Positions 1 through 12,298 of a stretch of 64,000 nucleotides of DNA are shown in pieces. The DNA comes from Tubulanus polymorphus (Eukaryota > Animalia > Nemertea). A program made the translations under genes and the position numbers. A model generated the notes under the pieces. The model was given only the letters and a program-made list of their open reading frames with translations, did no database searches and was not told the DNA's origin. Within the stretch, counting starts at the first letter, position 1, and each line of letters starts with the position of its first letter. Location of the stretch: NCBI RefSeq assembly GCF_964204645.1, contig NC_134030.1:21970210-22034209 (forward strand), given 5' to 3'.

Positions 1-1110
1 TTGGAACTTGCTTCATTCTAGTTATATTTTCGTTTTATCGACATTTACAGCCAGGTCATTTACGGCACAGTATTCAAATAAAGCATTTAACATAGATTTC
101 GGAATTAACTTAACTCTAGTTTTTTTTTTGTGCAAAAACTAATATTTTCGTTTTATCGACATTTACAGTGAGGTCATTAACGGCACAGTATTCAAATGAA
201 GCCTTTAAAGTTTAACTGGAGTGATCTCTCATCCTCCGTGGATAACCGTGTTATCCGCATATAGAATAATAAATAAATTGAGTAAAGCATCAATATCCTG
301 ATCACACCCCGAGAATTGAATAAAGTTAAGTTTGTTTGCACGGAATTGTTTTAACCCAAGAATTAATCATTCTTTACAATTGTAGGAAAATGCCAGGGGC
401 CAGTTTTAAAGACTGGTATTACCTTTAACCCGGGGGCTAACTCAATTCATATTCAATTGAGTTTACCCCTCAATACCAGGTAAAAGGTAATATCAGTCCA
501 TAAAACCGGACCCAGGGGTATATAGTACAATAGTAAATATAAGTACAAGCTAGGAGTAATATACAACATTAAATCAGCCACGTTTTAAGAAATTTAAAGA
601 AATGGAAACTTAGGGGTACTAAAATACAACCAAATACAACCAAATACAAACAAAGTTGGAAATTCAATTTCCTTTTAATGCAAAAAGTGGCATTTTTACC
701 GGTGGCATTTTTTCCTATTTTTCCTAGAAGTTTCAAAAGTTTCTAAATGTGTCTAAATTCGAAATAGTTTCGCGAAGTTCAGTAAGAAGGGTACAATCAA
801 AGAGAAAATGTTAATCATCCCTGAAAACGTAGATGGAGATTAGGTAAATTGTCCCCGGAAAAAATGTTCAATTTGTAAGGCCTAACTCACATACATTTCG
901 GAATTTGCTTCATTCTAGTTTTACTTCGCACAAAAACTTATATTTTCGTTTTACCGACATTTACAGTGAGGTCGCGGCACAGTATTCAAATAAAGCTTTT
1001 AAGCGTAACTGGGTGATCTCTCATCCTCAGCAAGAATGACCTTGTCATCCGCATATAAGATAATAAATAAATTGAGTAAAGCATCAATATCCTGATCACA
1101 CCCTGAGTTC
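1..1110. repeat. Locally repeated ~210-bp sequence (1-320 in partial copies; 895-1110), unclassified
   Basis: TATTTTCGTTTTATCGACATTTACAG...CGGCACAGTATTCAAAT occurs three times; AATAAATAAATTGAGTAAAGCATCAATATCCTGATCACACCC occurs twice. Confidence 0.8.
395..514. mobile_element. ~115-bp palindromic MITE family (other copies 1698-1810 and 63250-63361)
   Basis: GGGCCAGTTTTA(A/T)AGACTGGTATT...AATACCAGTCTATAAAACCGG hairpin. The 63250 copy is absent at the paralogous site ~19570. Confidence 0.85.
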
Positions 1111-1289
1111 AGATTCTCTATAAATGATTAAGTCGGGTTGCCATAGTTATTAAAAAACTCCTCGATATCATTCAGGAATAAAGAAAAATTAAGAAGAGGC
1201 CACAGGTTTTCACCTTGTCTTGCCCTTCAACCCAGTACTGCCCCCTGGTGACTGTATGAGATGTAACTATTCTGTTATTTGTATTGTAG

Positions 1290-4173
1290 AAGAGATTGTT
1301 GAAGCGATAAAACGCAAATATTTTCAAACTCCCGAATTTAAAAGTAAGTTTCCAATAAAATCAGAACCTGTTTTAACAACCAGAACTCAAATATTAATAT
1401 CTGTATGTATTGTATTATTATTTATAGGATCAGTTGAGACTGCAGTGAATGAAGCTATCCAGAATTCAGGTAATTAAATATTCTTCATAAGTTCGAATTC
1501 TGTGTTTGAATTGAGTTTGGCTAAAGGTGCTTTTTTTAAATGTATATACTTATATTTTACAGAAAAATCACAACACGGCAAAAAACCATGCTATGAATAT
1601 GCAGGTTTGTAAAACTCTAATTTCTGTAAATGAATTTGACCTGATGTGGCTGCTACACAGGACCGAATTTCATAGATTAGGGTGCAAAATATTCCCCTGG
1701 ACCCAGTTTTATAGACTGGTATTATCTTTAACCCGGGAGTTAACTTAATTGAAATTGAATCAAGTTAGCCTCCAGGTTAAAGATAATACCAGTCTATAAA
1801 ACCGACCCCTTGGCCTTGGAAACTTTTTGAAAATTGTCAGTCATCAACATTATTTCTTAATGTTGCTATGGTGGTTGTCACCATTGTTGAGGATTTTCCC
1901 CAAGAGGATCATCCATTTATTACGTATGCAAAAAATTCAGAAAAAGCCTCGAGTAAGCTGATAATAGTTAGATCGAGTCTATTATGTAGAAAAAGAGTGG
2001 ATGAAAAGGTAGTCACGTGATAAAATTCATCCGGAGCGGAATTGAATTTTTAACGTCATTTAAGTGCGCACAATACACATTACTATTTACCCTTTTGTAC
2101 ACAATATTTACACAATTGTATGCAATTTAATAAGACCCCTCCCACTTTGAACAATTTAATTTTTGAGTTTAACCCCCCCCCTCACTACCCACAATGCGTA
2201 CCTAATTAATGGATGAGCCCTTAAGGGGTTACTTTGAACCCGCCCTATGAAACAAGGCCCACGATTATGACCACAAAGATGAGATAATTTTCAGTTGCTT
2301 TCCATTCAGAATTTGATTCTATTATTTCAGTGAAATGGATAGCTGATGAGATGAAAGGTAAATTTACTGATAATAAATACTCAGTTTCATTATGAGTTTG
2401 TGTTGATGTTTACAGAATCATTTCTAATTTCAGGTTTCACGGTTAAACCATCTGAAACTTTTGGTATGTAATATATCTATATATGTTGTGTGGGTGGCTC
2501 ATCTGTCAGACAACTGGGCGGGAAGTTCAGTAACAATTCATTTAAAATCTTGACGTTTTTTTCAGAGCGTAATGAATTTGCTAGACTTGTACAACCAATA
2601 GGTAATGAATGAATTATGTGTGTTAAAACTGATGTTATCGAATTTCTATTATGTTTTATATTGTTATAGTACGTAATTTTAATTTCTATTTCAGTAATGA
2701 AAAGATCAAGAGAGTGGATGGATGAGATATGTGCTATAACAGATAAAAGTAATCAATATTGACTTCAATAAACATCTTATTGACTCAATAGTTCCATATT
2801 CATGAATTCATGTTTCCACATTTATATATAACGTGTCTTAGGGTCCCCAAACCGGGAAATCAGGAATTTCAAAATAATGTTCTTTAAATTCATTTTGCGC
2901 TTCAACTTTCTTCGGGGATCTTTTTTTAAAATCTCCTTCATTAACAAATCACCAGTAAATGTTGACGTCACTGTAGTGTGTGATGATAGCTGCTAAATCT
3001 GGAAAATAAAATCAACACCCATGAAATACTCGGGTTTATTGACTTCATGTAATTGTGAGAACTATCCATAAATTCTGTTTTGAGTTCGATCACAAACTTG
3101 TTTGGTCTTTACTTCTTTACTTTTGAAGTTGATCTGAATGTTACATGTGAATGATATTGATGTTTATAGTTTGGATGCATCAGTTTTTCAAGAATATTTC
3201 ATTTCATTTTCAGAAAAATTTTAAAAAAGCCTGGTTTCCTGGTATAGTTCATACAAAATTTTCATTTTTTTCAGAAATATTTTATTTTATTTTCAGAAAA
3301 ATTAAAAGATCTCGGTTTCCTGGTAGATGATGATTCGAGTAAGTAAATTATACAGTCATCACTTTCTGATTTAAACCATAATCAAATCACAATTAAGTTT
3401 GGGATGAAATTAAGTTTCGTTTTCGTTGATGAGAAATCTGAAGTATGATTAAACCGGTTTAATCCGGATTACTGGCGGGACACCGGGATGAAATTCATGT
3501 AGTTTGAGAAATCCAGATTTAAAATCGTATTCCATGAGATACTAGTTGATAATTAAATAAAGATTAGTAACCGAATCAAATCAGGATTAAACTGATCTCT
3601 TTCCCGCATGGCATTCATCGATCTACCGATCTATGTTTTCGGTAGATCATTAAACGTCAGTTCATTCCTTTGTCGGAGATCTCATAAATATATATGTGGT
3701 GTAAGAAACACTTTGGACTCAATAGAACACCCAGAAAAAATCAAAACTAATTCTAACTGAATCAGGGGTGGAATTAGTTGAGGTATTATTAACCATTGTC
3801 ACTGTTAACAGTAAAGCCGTAATTAGTTGAATTTTCAAGAGGTTGTGCATTTTATGAAACACACTGTAGCGGGTTATATATAGTTGTATAAAAACAGTTA
3901 CAAGCTGAACACATCTAAAACAGAGTAAACTCTAGGGGCCACTGATAAACTATTGTGAATATAAGTTAAAGTTGACGGGTATCTACATTTAGGGAGTGTG
4001 CAGTTGTATTTGGTGTTTGGTTTATATTGTACATGTATTTATTTATAGAAGTTACTCGTCCGAGTAATGAAACTGCTGCTAGTGATGGTCAAAGTGCTGC
4101 TGATGATAGTCACACAAGTGATACCGTATCGAGTGGTGATCGTGAGCAGGGTGAGAGAGGTACACAAGTCTAG
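1290..4173 (+). CDS. Gene B0: 3' end of an upstream gene B paralogue
   Basis: Phase 1-1 exons 1290-1343, 1428-1469, 1563-1604, 2331-2357, 2434-2463, 2566-2601, 2695-2748, 3297-3338 and terminal exon 4049-4173 (...EQGERGTQV*). Sizes 54/42/42/27/30/36/54 match B1 exons 43463-44335 one for one. Confidence 0.75.
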
Positions 4174-5214
4174 TACCTAGCCGTCGTACCCCAAAAGGTT
4201 TGATTTGACACTAAAATCAGTTGTTGCATTGCAAGAAACAGGAGTAAACCTCTATACGACAGTTTATCATCAAACGTTGTAGGGAACCCGTAACAACGAC
4301 TGGTATTCAGACTACTACACAGGATTATAACCGCCAGTCTCTAGTGGTGGAACTGGGTCTGGGTGGAATTGGGTGTAACTCACAACTGTGGAACTGTGTT
4401 TTGTATCACGCTATGATTAAGGATGTTTGTTAATCTCTTTTTGGGCTTGAATCATTTGAGATTTTATACGAAAAGAAAAAGAAAAAGAGATGAACACAGT
4501 TTCTAATAAAATCTTTATCTTTGTTATTTGGTTGTATGTAATTTCTGCGCTATTTAATTACTGTAGATCATTGTTTAATTATTGCTGAAACAATTAATTG
4601 TAATTACATTAGTTAATCAAATAAATATGTTCTGCTTTTACTAAAATATACAGTGTAACTGAAGTAGCTGATATTCAGTGTAACTGATGTATAGTGTAGC
4701 TGAAATTCAGTGTAACTGAATGAATGTAGTATTTTATTGTACCGTAGTTGTAACTTTATCCAGCAAAAATAAATTGTAAACGAAATTGCTTTTTGCTAAA
4801 TCATCAGCGGTTGTTCTTGGGGAATATTAGGCCTACATTGTAGTCCAACTTACGCTGTATAACTGTATTATGATACAATGTAACTGGTTTACTGTTTTAC
4901 TATACATAAAATATTATGTTTTAAGTTAAAAACTGTAAAAATGCATCACTGTTTGATTTGATAAGTTACTGATTCCATAAATTACTGCATTACTGATCGA
5001 TTTCATTGATCATTGGAAAACTGTGATAAGTTTTATTTCATTTAATTGAAAAAAATTTTGTAAAAACGTGACATTTTATGAAACCATTGATGCGGTTTAT
5101 AAGATCAGCTACACGCGGACTCCTGGTAAAACTTCGTGCTGTATTTTTGCTAGAAATTGCTAACGATGTAACGTGCTAATTTCATTCGCTTAAATAAAAG
5201 AATTTATCTTTATA

Positions 5215-5407
5215 AATAAATTCATTTATTTCTTTTCTATAAACTGCAGCCGGAGTAGAACCGACCCCGGGTCGGGTGAAGTTGACTCTTGGTCATCTCC
5301 AGTCTTACCAATAGCTTCCCGTTAACCCCAACTCTAGCCGAATAGGACTCGAACCTAAAATCTTCAGCGTGCCAGCCGAGCACACTAACCACTAGACCAT
5401 ACACCAG
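5215..5407 (-). mobile_element. tRNA-derived SINE (second copy ~48170-48361)
   Basis: Minus strand has A box TGGTCTAGTGG, B box GGTTCGAGTCC, a broken acceptor stem, a ~100-bp body and an A-rich tail. Confidence 0.75.
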
Positions 5408-6134
5408 TAGTTTGTAAGTGCGTGTCTGGTCAGGTGTGGTGAACATTTATCTGTGGTGACTATCAGTCGGGTGTGTGGTGACTGGTGACCATTCAGGTGC
5501 GGTGACTGTCGAGTCAGATGTGGAGACACTATTCACTAACAGTGCCCGCTCTATCATTCTGTGTTACAGTTACAGCAGTTTCAATGCAATTGTCAGGAAG
5601 TCGTTTTGTCCTGCAGCTCCTAAAAGTTCCTCTTTTTCCGTAGATGAAGTAGTCAAAATTACACCTTGTATCCATCTCTGAGACTTCTGCCTTCGCGACA
5701 TCGTGAATGTATTTTACAATCTCTCGGAATTGATATCTTTTATTGTATTTCATTAAGATTTTCTAATTGATATCTAAAAGTTTGATAATTTTTTATTATT
5801 CAGTTTCTAAAAATGTATACCTTATTTTGAGTGGAATGGATTGATTTTAGTAGAGACCCGCAGTTTATGGAGCGTAGATGGATTATAAAAGTAATAGTTC
5901 ATTGACTCCATCCAATAGGTGTAACATGCGATACATTGTTAAACCATTCTTGTCGTACGTGGCGTTGACCTCTTTTACCCGACTGGTATTTCTTCACACC
6001 TAAAGGTGCTCGCACATGTCACCCGTTATATCAAACGAGCACCGATACCTCTTGTGAAAAAATCATGAAATTCAACGAAAAGCTTAAGATGTAACTGATT
6101 AAAGGTGAGTTTGTTGAAGTATTTAACTCCACTC

Positions 6135-6430
6135 CAGTCGGATCTGTTCAACTCGGAGATAACCGTTCAACTCAGAGATAACCGTTCAACTCTGAGATAA
6201 CCGTTCAACTCGGAGATAACCGATCAACTCGGAGATAACCGATCAACTCGGAGATAACCGTTCAACTCAGAGATAACCGATTAATCAGAGATAACCGTTC
6301 AACTCGGATGTTGAAATATGTTTTTACGGCAGTATTTAAGAAATACATATCATCCAACTCGGATATCCCTCATCAAGTCGGACACGTTTTTGCGGTTCCA
6401 AAAGATCCGACTTGAGCGGAGTCTACTGTA
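6135..6430. mobile_element. Tc1/mariner-type MITE with an internal 19-bp tandem array (GTTCAACTCGGAGATAACC)n; second copy ~49104-49384
   Basis: CAGT...ACTGTA ends with imperfect TIR (CAGTCGGATCTGTTCAACTCGGA / TCCGACTTGAGCGGAGTCTACTG); ~8-9 repeat units. Confidence 0.65.
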
Positions 6431-6814
6431 TTCAAGAATAAGAGTCAAACTTATATACTAGGCCTATATGCCACAATTTCATTATTCAATTTTCTGACCT
6501 AAATTCTAAAATTCTAGTGAAACATTCGACGATTTTGAAATATTTTCTGAAAGCGGTGAAAACTATGCATTTTGTACAAAACTAAATTTACAAAGCAGTC
6601 ACTATTTGTGCCCCTGGACTTTGGACCCCGGGGCTTATATGAAGGTCATACAATTATTGAAGGACGACCAGTGATTTAAACACCTTTCACTTCCTGCTCG
6701 ACGCTCGAATATATTGAATGTATCACCGGCGCTGATCATCAAAATCTTATCTTTAACTTCCTCAATTATCAGACCAAAGTGGAACTCGATTTTTATTCTG
6801 TACTCTGTATCACA

Positions 6815-9800
6815 ATGATGAACACACGTTTATTCGTAATAATCTACATAGTTTTATTAAAACTTGGAAACTTAAACAGCGCAGAAACATCTGGAAATAA
6901 GACGCATAATTCAAGTAAGTCACTCGAACCAATGATAGCTTTTCTGTTGTGTCGATTTCATAGATTTCTGTCGATGATAATTCATGTACCTGAGGTATTA
7001 CACGCGTGATGTCACAGATCGTTTCACCGTCGGTGTTGGTGTTTACCGTACATAGGTCTAGCTATACTAACAAATATGGGATTTATCAAGGGCCTGTCAT
7101 GTAAATAGTTTACCGAGAAGATGCTGCAGGCCCGTATGCTGCCTTTCTTTGTTGTGGGCAGCTCGCGAGTACCGTATAAGAAGCGTTTTGTGGGGATTCC
7201 CCAAGGAAACTTTGATCATTTAAAGCCGTCAGTTTGAATTCATTACTGGCTAATTTATGTATAACTGTAAACAAACGACTGTGGAGGACGATACGTGATG
7301 GGAAATGTAGTCTAAAAATTCGGAACTAGAGATTTTGCTGGGGGGGGGGTCACATTGTGGGAAAAGACCTCAATAGATTATTGGAAGCTTGTGCGTTTTA
7401 CTGTTTCATAGACTATTCATATTTATTCGTTTTCAGTGATTTACCCGAAGCCTGTTCCCAATGGAAAACCCGATATTAAAACACAAGGACAAACGATTGA
7501 ATATATTTGTAGAACTAGTGTTAAATATCCTACAGTTATATTCCAAAAGAAGAGAAGAGATTCAGAACAATGGGAAACAATTCCAGACGAACTGATTCGT
7601 ATAACTAGAAATGTGAAATATATTACTTCTGCTTCACTAGAATTCAAAGCAGATTTCAAACTGCACAATGGAACAACATTTAGATGTCTCGTTCTTAAGG
7701 AAGGCCAAACAGATTTTGATTATCTTCAGTTTGATCTAATCGTAGTTCATCGAACTGGTAAGTAACAGTTTTAAAATGTGAACCTTCCCAGTCTGGAATC
7801 CTGCTACTCAATAAACATCGAATCTATCAAAACAAATTAATATTGAAACACAGCGTCTCTGTTACTTTTAAATTAGTTCGCAGTCGATTGCATGAATTTA
7901 TAGTTTAGCAGCTACGTATCAAAAGTGCGTTTATTGTAGCGTATGACATGTACATTCGCTGCTATGTTATTTTGTATAATGTTCTATTTTTCACTCATAT
8001 TGTCTAATTTGTAGACCTTGAGTTTGTCAAATAAACTGTAAACTGTAAACTGAATGCATTCTGGAATTTATAGAAATGATTCTCAAATTGACGGCCATAC
8101 GACTCAGCGTGAAATTCATATTTCTGTTTAACGGATGAATATAGCCGACAGTTTAATTTGTTGTAGCTTCCTCTTTCATATACCCGTCATTTGTTCATCC
8201 ATTTCTATCTCCGCACAAACATATCTTCTTGTGTCAACTACTAATTTCAAGGTCGCTTGATGAGTTGTTGATTTTAAATTTTGTATATTTGATATCTAAA
8301 AACCTGAATTTCTTCATTTAAAAAGTAAATATTTGTCGCCCTCGTCACTTTTGGAATTGGGAATAAGGCTTTTTATTTATGTCTTTTTATTTAAAAAGGG
8401 AGGTAAAAATAATAAGTATCGGCCGTTCTTGTCACTTTCCCAAAAAGGGGTCGATGAGAAACAACCATATTTATTTGCGTGGCCTTAATGCACGCGTCAG
8501 TAAACTAACCAAACTAAACCAAACCACAAACAGTCAAAGTTACTTTCTACAGGTAATTGTTTTTCTCATTTCAGATTTGAATCAAATCCCGGCGACTGAA
8601 ATCAGTAAATCAGGGTCAGTATCTATTTCACTTAGCGCACTACATAAATCATATTCTATATGTAAATCATTTCTTTGTGGTCGATGTTTGTTTTGTGAAA
8701 TAATTTTGAATTGATATCTCACTTGTCTCATTGGCTTCCGATTAACAATTCACCTATCATTATTCATCTCATTTTTCACATTTTGCCACAAAAGGTAACA
8801 GTACGGGCAATTGCAAAATATGTGACCTCGATATCGCTACCACGAGCCCTGCCTTTTCACATCTGGGCCCAGTTGCACAGTCGTGACTTAAGTCCAAAAG
8901 TAGTCTTAAATCTTAAGACTAGTCTTAATTTCTTAGATTAGCTATAGAACTAAGTTGGTCTTAGACTGGTCTTAAGTCTAAGCTTTGACTATGCAACTGG
9001 CCTCTGTTCTGCTGATTTATCTTAATTGTAAATTTCGTCCTTTTCATTCAGAGTTCGTCTGCTTACTGCTGAAAATGTGGCCTCGAAAAACAAGGTCATT
9101 ATAAATTTAAGTAATAATCAAACTAACTTGTCAAATAAAGTTCCCCGGATCCCAGACACAGAGTCGAATTAAACCCACTGAACTGTGAACCTTGATTTAG
9201 GATATAAAAGCGAATTGAATTTTATAATATAAACTGAATGATTAATTGATTGATATTTGCAGCTTGTGTTGAGGTTTGATTCTATTCTGTTGGTTTCTAG
9301 TTTATACCCGCGAATTGTCATCCGGTATATTCTACATCCTTCGAGTTTTCCTTTTTTTCTTTCTCTTACTAAATCGGTATACAGACTGGACTGGACCACA
9401 AACCTGACCGGACCATGATGATAATTTACATCGCTTGTGCAGTTATCGGTTTTCTCCTCGTCATCGTTATCATCGTCATTTGCAGGTTTGTACGCAGTAA
9501 TCTCGGGCAGATTTCATATCTAAGATAATCCACCTATGACATCATATTAAAACGTGAAATAATTTGATAAATCAGTGACGTTTTCCAAAAAGATGTCTTC
9601 GTTCATAAATTTGTAACTACCTATGCGCCGATTACTGGCTGAGTCAATCTCAAATCAGCAGGAATAATTCAATATAATGACCGAAATATCCGAAATCTAA
9701 AATCTCTTCAACGCTTAAATTACCCATTTTTCAGACGCAGGCGATTGCCAGGTGAAGGTCGTGTGGAGGTTACGACACCGCAGGTACTCGACGTCTATGA

Positions 9801-10245
9801 CGAGTTGTATGATGACATAGATTCTGTTACTGTGACTGACAAACTGCACACCAGCGATCAGAAAGTTACTACAGATCCGTACGTGAATATCGAGACCGGC
9901 AACGACAAAGACACAGCTCCGTACATGGATATGGCAGCCGCGAAGGGTAAAGATACAACTTCATATATAGATATGGAAGCCGGGAAGGGCAAAGATACAA
10001 CTCCTTATATGGATATGGGACCCGGGATAGAAGAGGATACGTACAGGAGTACTGAAACCGGGAAGGACAAACACACAACTCCTTACACGAATACCGGAGC
10101 CGAGAAGCGCAAAGATAGACATAGTTACGTGAATACCGAAGCCGGAAAGGCGCGCCATTTGAAGAAAGATACTGATGAACCCGTGAAAGATGATGTTGAA
10201 CTTTATTCTTACGCTACTGTTCAATATACTCGCAATAGGCGTTAG
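6815..10245 (+). CDS. Gene A1: single-Ig-domain type-I membrane receptor with tandem tyrosine-motif cytoplasmic tail (~379 aa)
   Basis: Exons 6815-6914 (signal peptide MMNTRLFVIIYIVLLKLGNLNSAE...), 7437-7757 (Ig-like: EYIC...W...HNGTTFRC), 8575-8614, 9052-9094, 9301-9324 (stalk micro-exons, less certain), 9385-9485 (TM MMIIYIACAVIGFLLVIVIIVIC), 9735-10245 (RRRR stop-transfer, then Tyr repeats). Phases are compatible and total 1140 nt. Every splice site is conserved in the paralogue. Confidence 0.8.
8862..9003. mobile_element. Short MITE with GGCCCAGTTGCACAGTC-type TIRs (Tourist-like); paralogous copy 51740-51880; similar ends at 31140-31277 and 43037-43148
   Basis: Terminal inverted repeats GGCCCAGTTGCACAGTC / GACTATGCAACTGGCC; internal CTTAAG palindromes. 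Confidence 0.75.
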
Positions 10246-12022
10246 AGGGCGCCGCTGAGCAAACAACGACTGATTATACATATGTAAAACATAAGGCTAG
10301 AAACAATTGAAACATTATTTTTCATAATCTGCTGAGCTCAAAAGTAGAATCAGCTGCATGCATACATTATTCATTTCTAAAAATAACAGACCCGGCCGTT
10401 TTAGAAATGAACTGACTACATATTTTATTCTAGTTCACAAAAATGACCCGGCCGACTAGGAGAAACAATTAGGTATGATTCACTAGCCTAAGTTTTAAGT
10501 TTTTGATATGTACCAGTAGTGTATTTGATGATCAAACTAAGGAACATCAATTCACTTCGACAATCATTCACTTTTAGCAAATGAAGATTAGGTGAAATAA
10601 CGATGTCAAATGCTTCAGTTTACCGGGCAGTATTCAAACTGTGAAAGTATAAATTCATGATATTCAGCTACCGATGGCCTTTAAATCGTAGACTGTTATG
10701 AGGACTTAAGTTTTTTAAATGGCAAATTGACATGTCAATCATCTTCAGGGGCGTATCCAAGTAAGGCCGAAGCCTCCCCTTATCTATTTTGCCAAGAAAA
10801 TATTTTCACAACATGGATTAGGAATGTAACAAATATAGTAGAAAGTCTTTGTCATTCATTTTGTTCTTGATTTACTCTAGATGCCCCCAGAAAATGATCC
10901 AATCCTGATTCCATTAAAAAGATATATAAAATATGGTATAAAATCCGTCAGTCTTATTCTTTTCTTGATGATTCATTTTCTTATTTCCTCTTTTACTACT
11001 TCGGTCAAACAAGATACATTACACGATGGTGAAAGCTTTCCTAAAATAGATGTGCTTTAAGATTTCATTCAGAAGTATCGACAGGATGAGGATTCCGGAA
11101 TACTGAACGGTCAAACATTCCACATTGCTGGGACAGTGAACTTCAAAGCTCTATTGCCAAATGACCTTCTTGGAGACAGATTTGACTAGAGGTGTTATCA
11201 TTTATATCGACTCATATTCTATTCATCCATTATAAGATCAAGCACATTCTAATGATCTTAACATTTTTATCAATATGTTCATTTCAGTTACTTTCACTTT
11301 GTCTCACTTTAAACCCATGTTTTAGTCTCTGGTTTGCTGTTACACATTTTTTCAGTTAATCAGACGGTTCACAGATCATTTTGTGCCTCGATAAGTACAA
11401 ACCAATCACTTCGTGCCTCGATATTTACTAACCAATGATATGTAGATGAACCGACCGATGTGTTTTACCAGGTGTTATCATTATATTGACTCATATTCTA
11501 TTCATGCACAGCGTTTATCGTTGACTCAATACATTTTGTATAGTTCCATTATTCACCCTCTATGGATTATATTTTAGTGGATACTTCCATTTTTCAAGAT
11601 ATTTTCTTCGGGCTGATAGAACATCTTATGTGAAGTTAACAATTGATCGTTCAGATTTTTTTGACTTCTTAAATGCATCAGAATCGAGGATTAGTTGCTT
11701 TGTTTATGGATATTTAGAGTAGTTTCACTTTGTTTTTATTTCATTAAGGTAAAAATCATTTCCTCATTAAACTCTTTTCACATCTGGGTTTCGTTTCATA
11801 AAAAGTTTTAAGCTTTAGACAGTTAAATATGAATTGTTGTCCTCATTACAAACTTGAAGTAACCAATCATAGCAGCTGAACTTGAGAGATTCAAGTTATT
11901 TTTACTCTGTTTTGTAATATTGGACCCTGAGCGAGACTCCTGGTTTTGATGTGCACATGTCTTGTATGCAGTGACTATCCATCACTTGGACGTTACCAAA
12001 AATACAAATGAAATTGAAATGC

Positions 12023-12207
12023 TGGTCGAATTAATACTAGGAATAGTACGTTAACTCATTCGTCTCCTAGGAATCGAATTGACGTTTCGTCTTCGTAGTT
12101 CTCAACTTCCGCGACGATTCTAAAATGAGAACTACTATACCGAAACGAAATTTCGATTCCTAGGTAGTTTAAGAAATACGATCTTATTCCTAGAATTAAT
12201 TGGGCCA
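12023..12207. mobile_element. Palindromic MITE-like element upstream of the B1 leader exon
   Basis: TGGTCGAATTAATACTAGGAATA...TATTCCTAGAATTAATTGGGCCA outer arms and CCTAGGAATCGAA...TTCGATTCCTAGG inner arms. Confidence 0.6.
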
Positions 12208-12298
12208 TCATATCACAAACCCCCAATCAGTCTAGTTTTCTGTATGTGATGATGATCTGAAGTTTGTGTCTTTATACCCAGGTAATGAATGAACCAAG

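Noticed and set aside
1220-1477. Small membrane protein ORF (ILISVCIVLLFIG), also 43360-43650
   Set aside because: The hydrophobic stretch is the T-rich acceptor tract of an 84-nt intron read through between two micro-exons.
5336-5407. Functional tRNA gene, and the ORFs 5237-5446 / 48193-48399
   Set aside because: The acceptor stem does not pair, and a body plus A-rich tail follows, so it is a SINE. The ORF is incidental.
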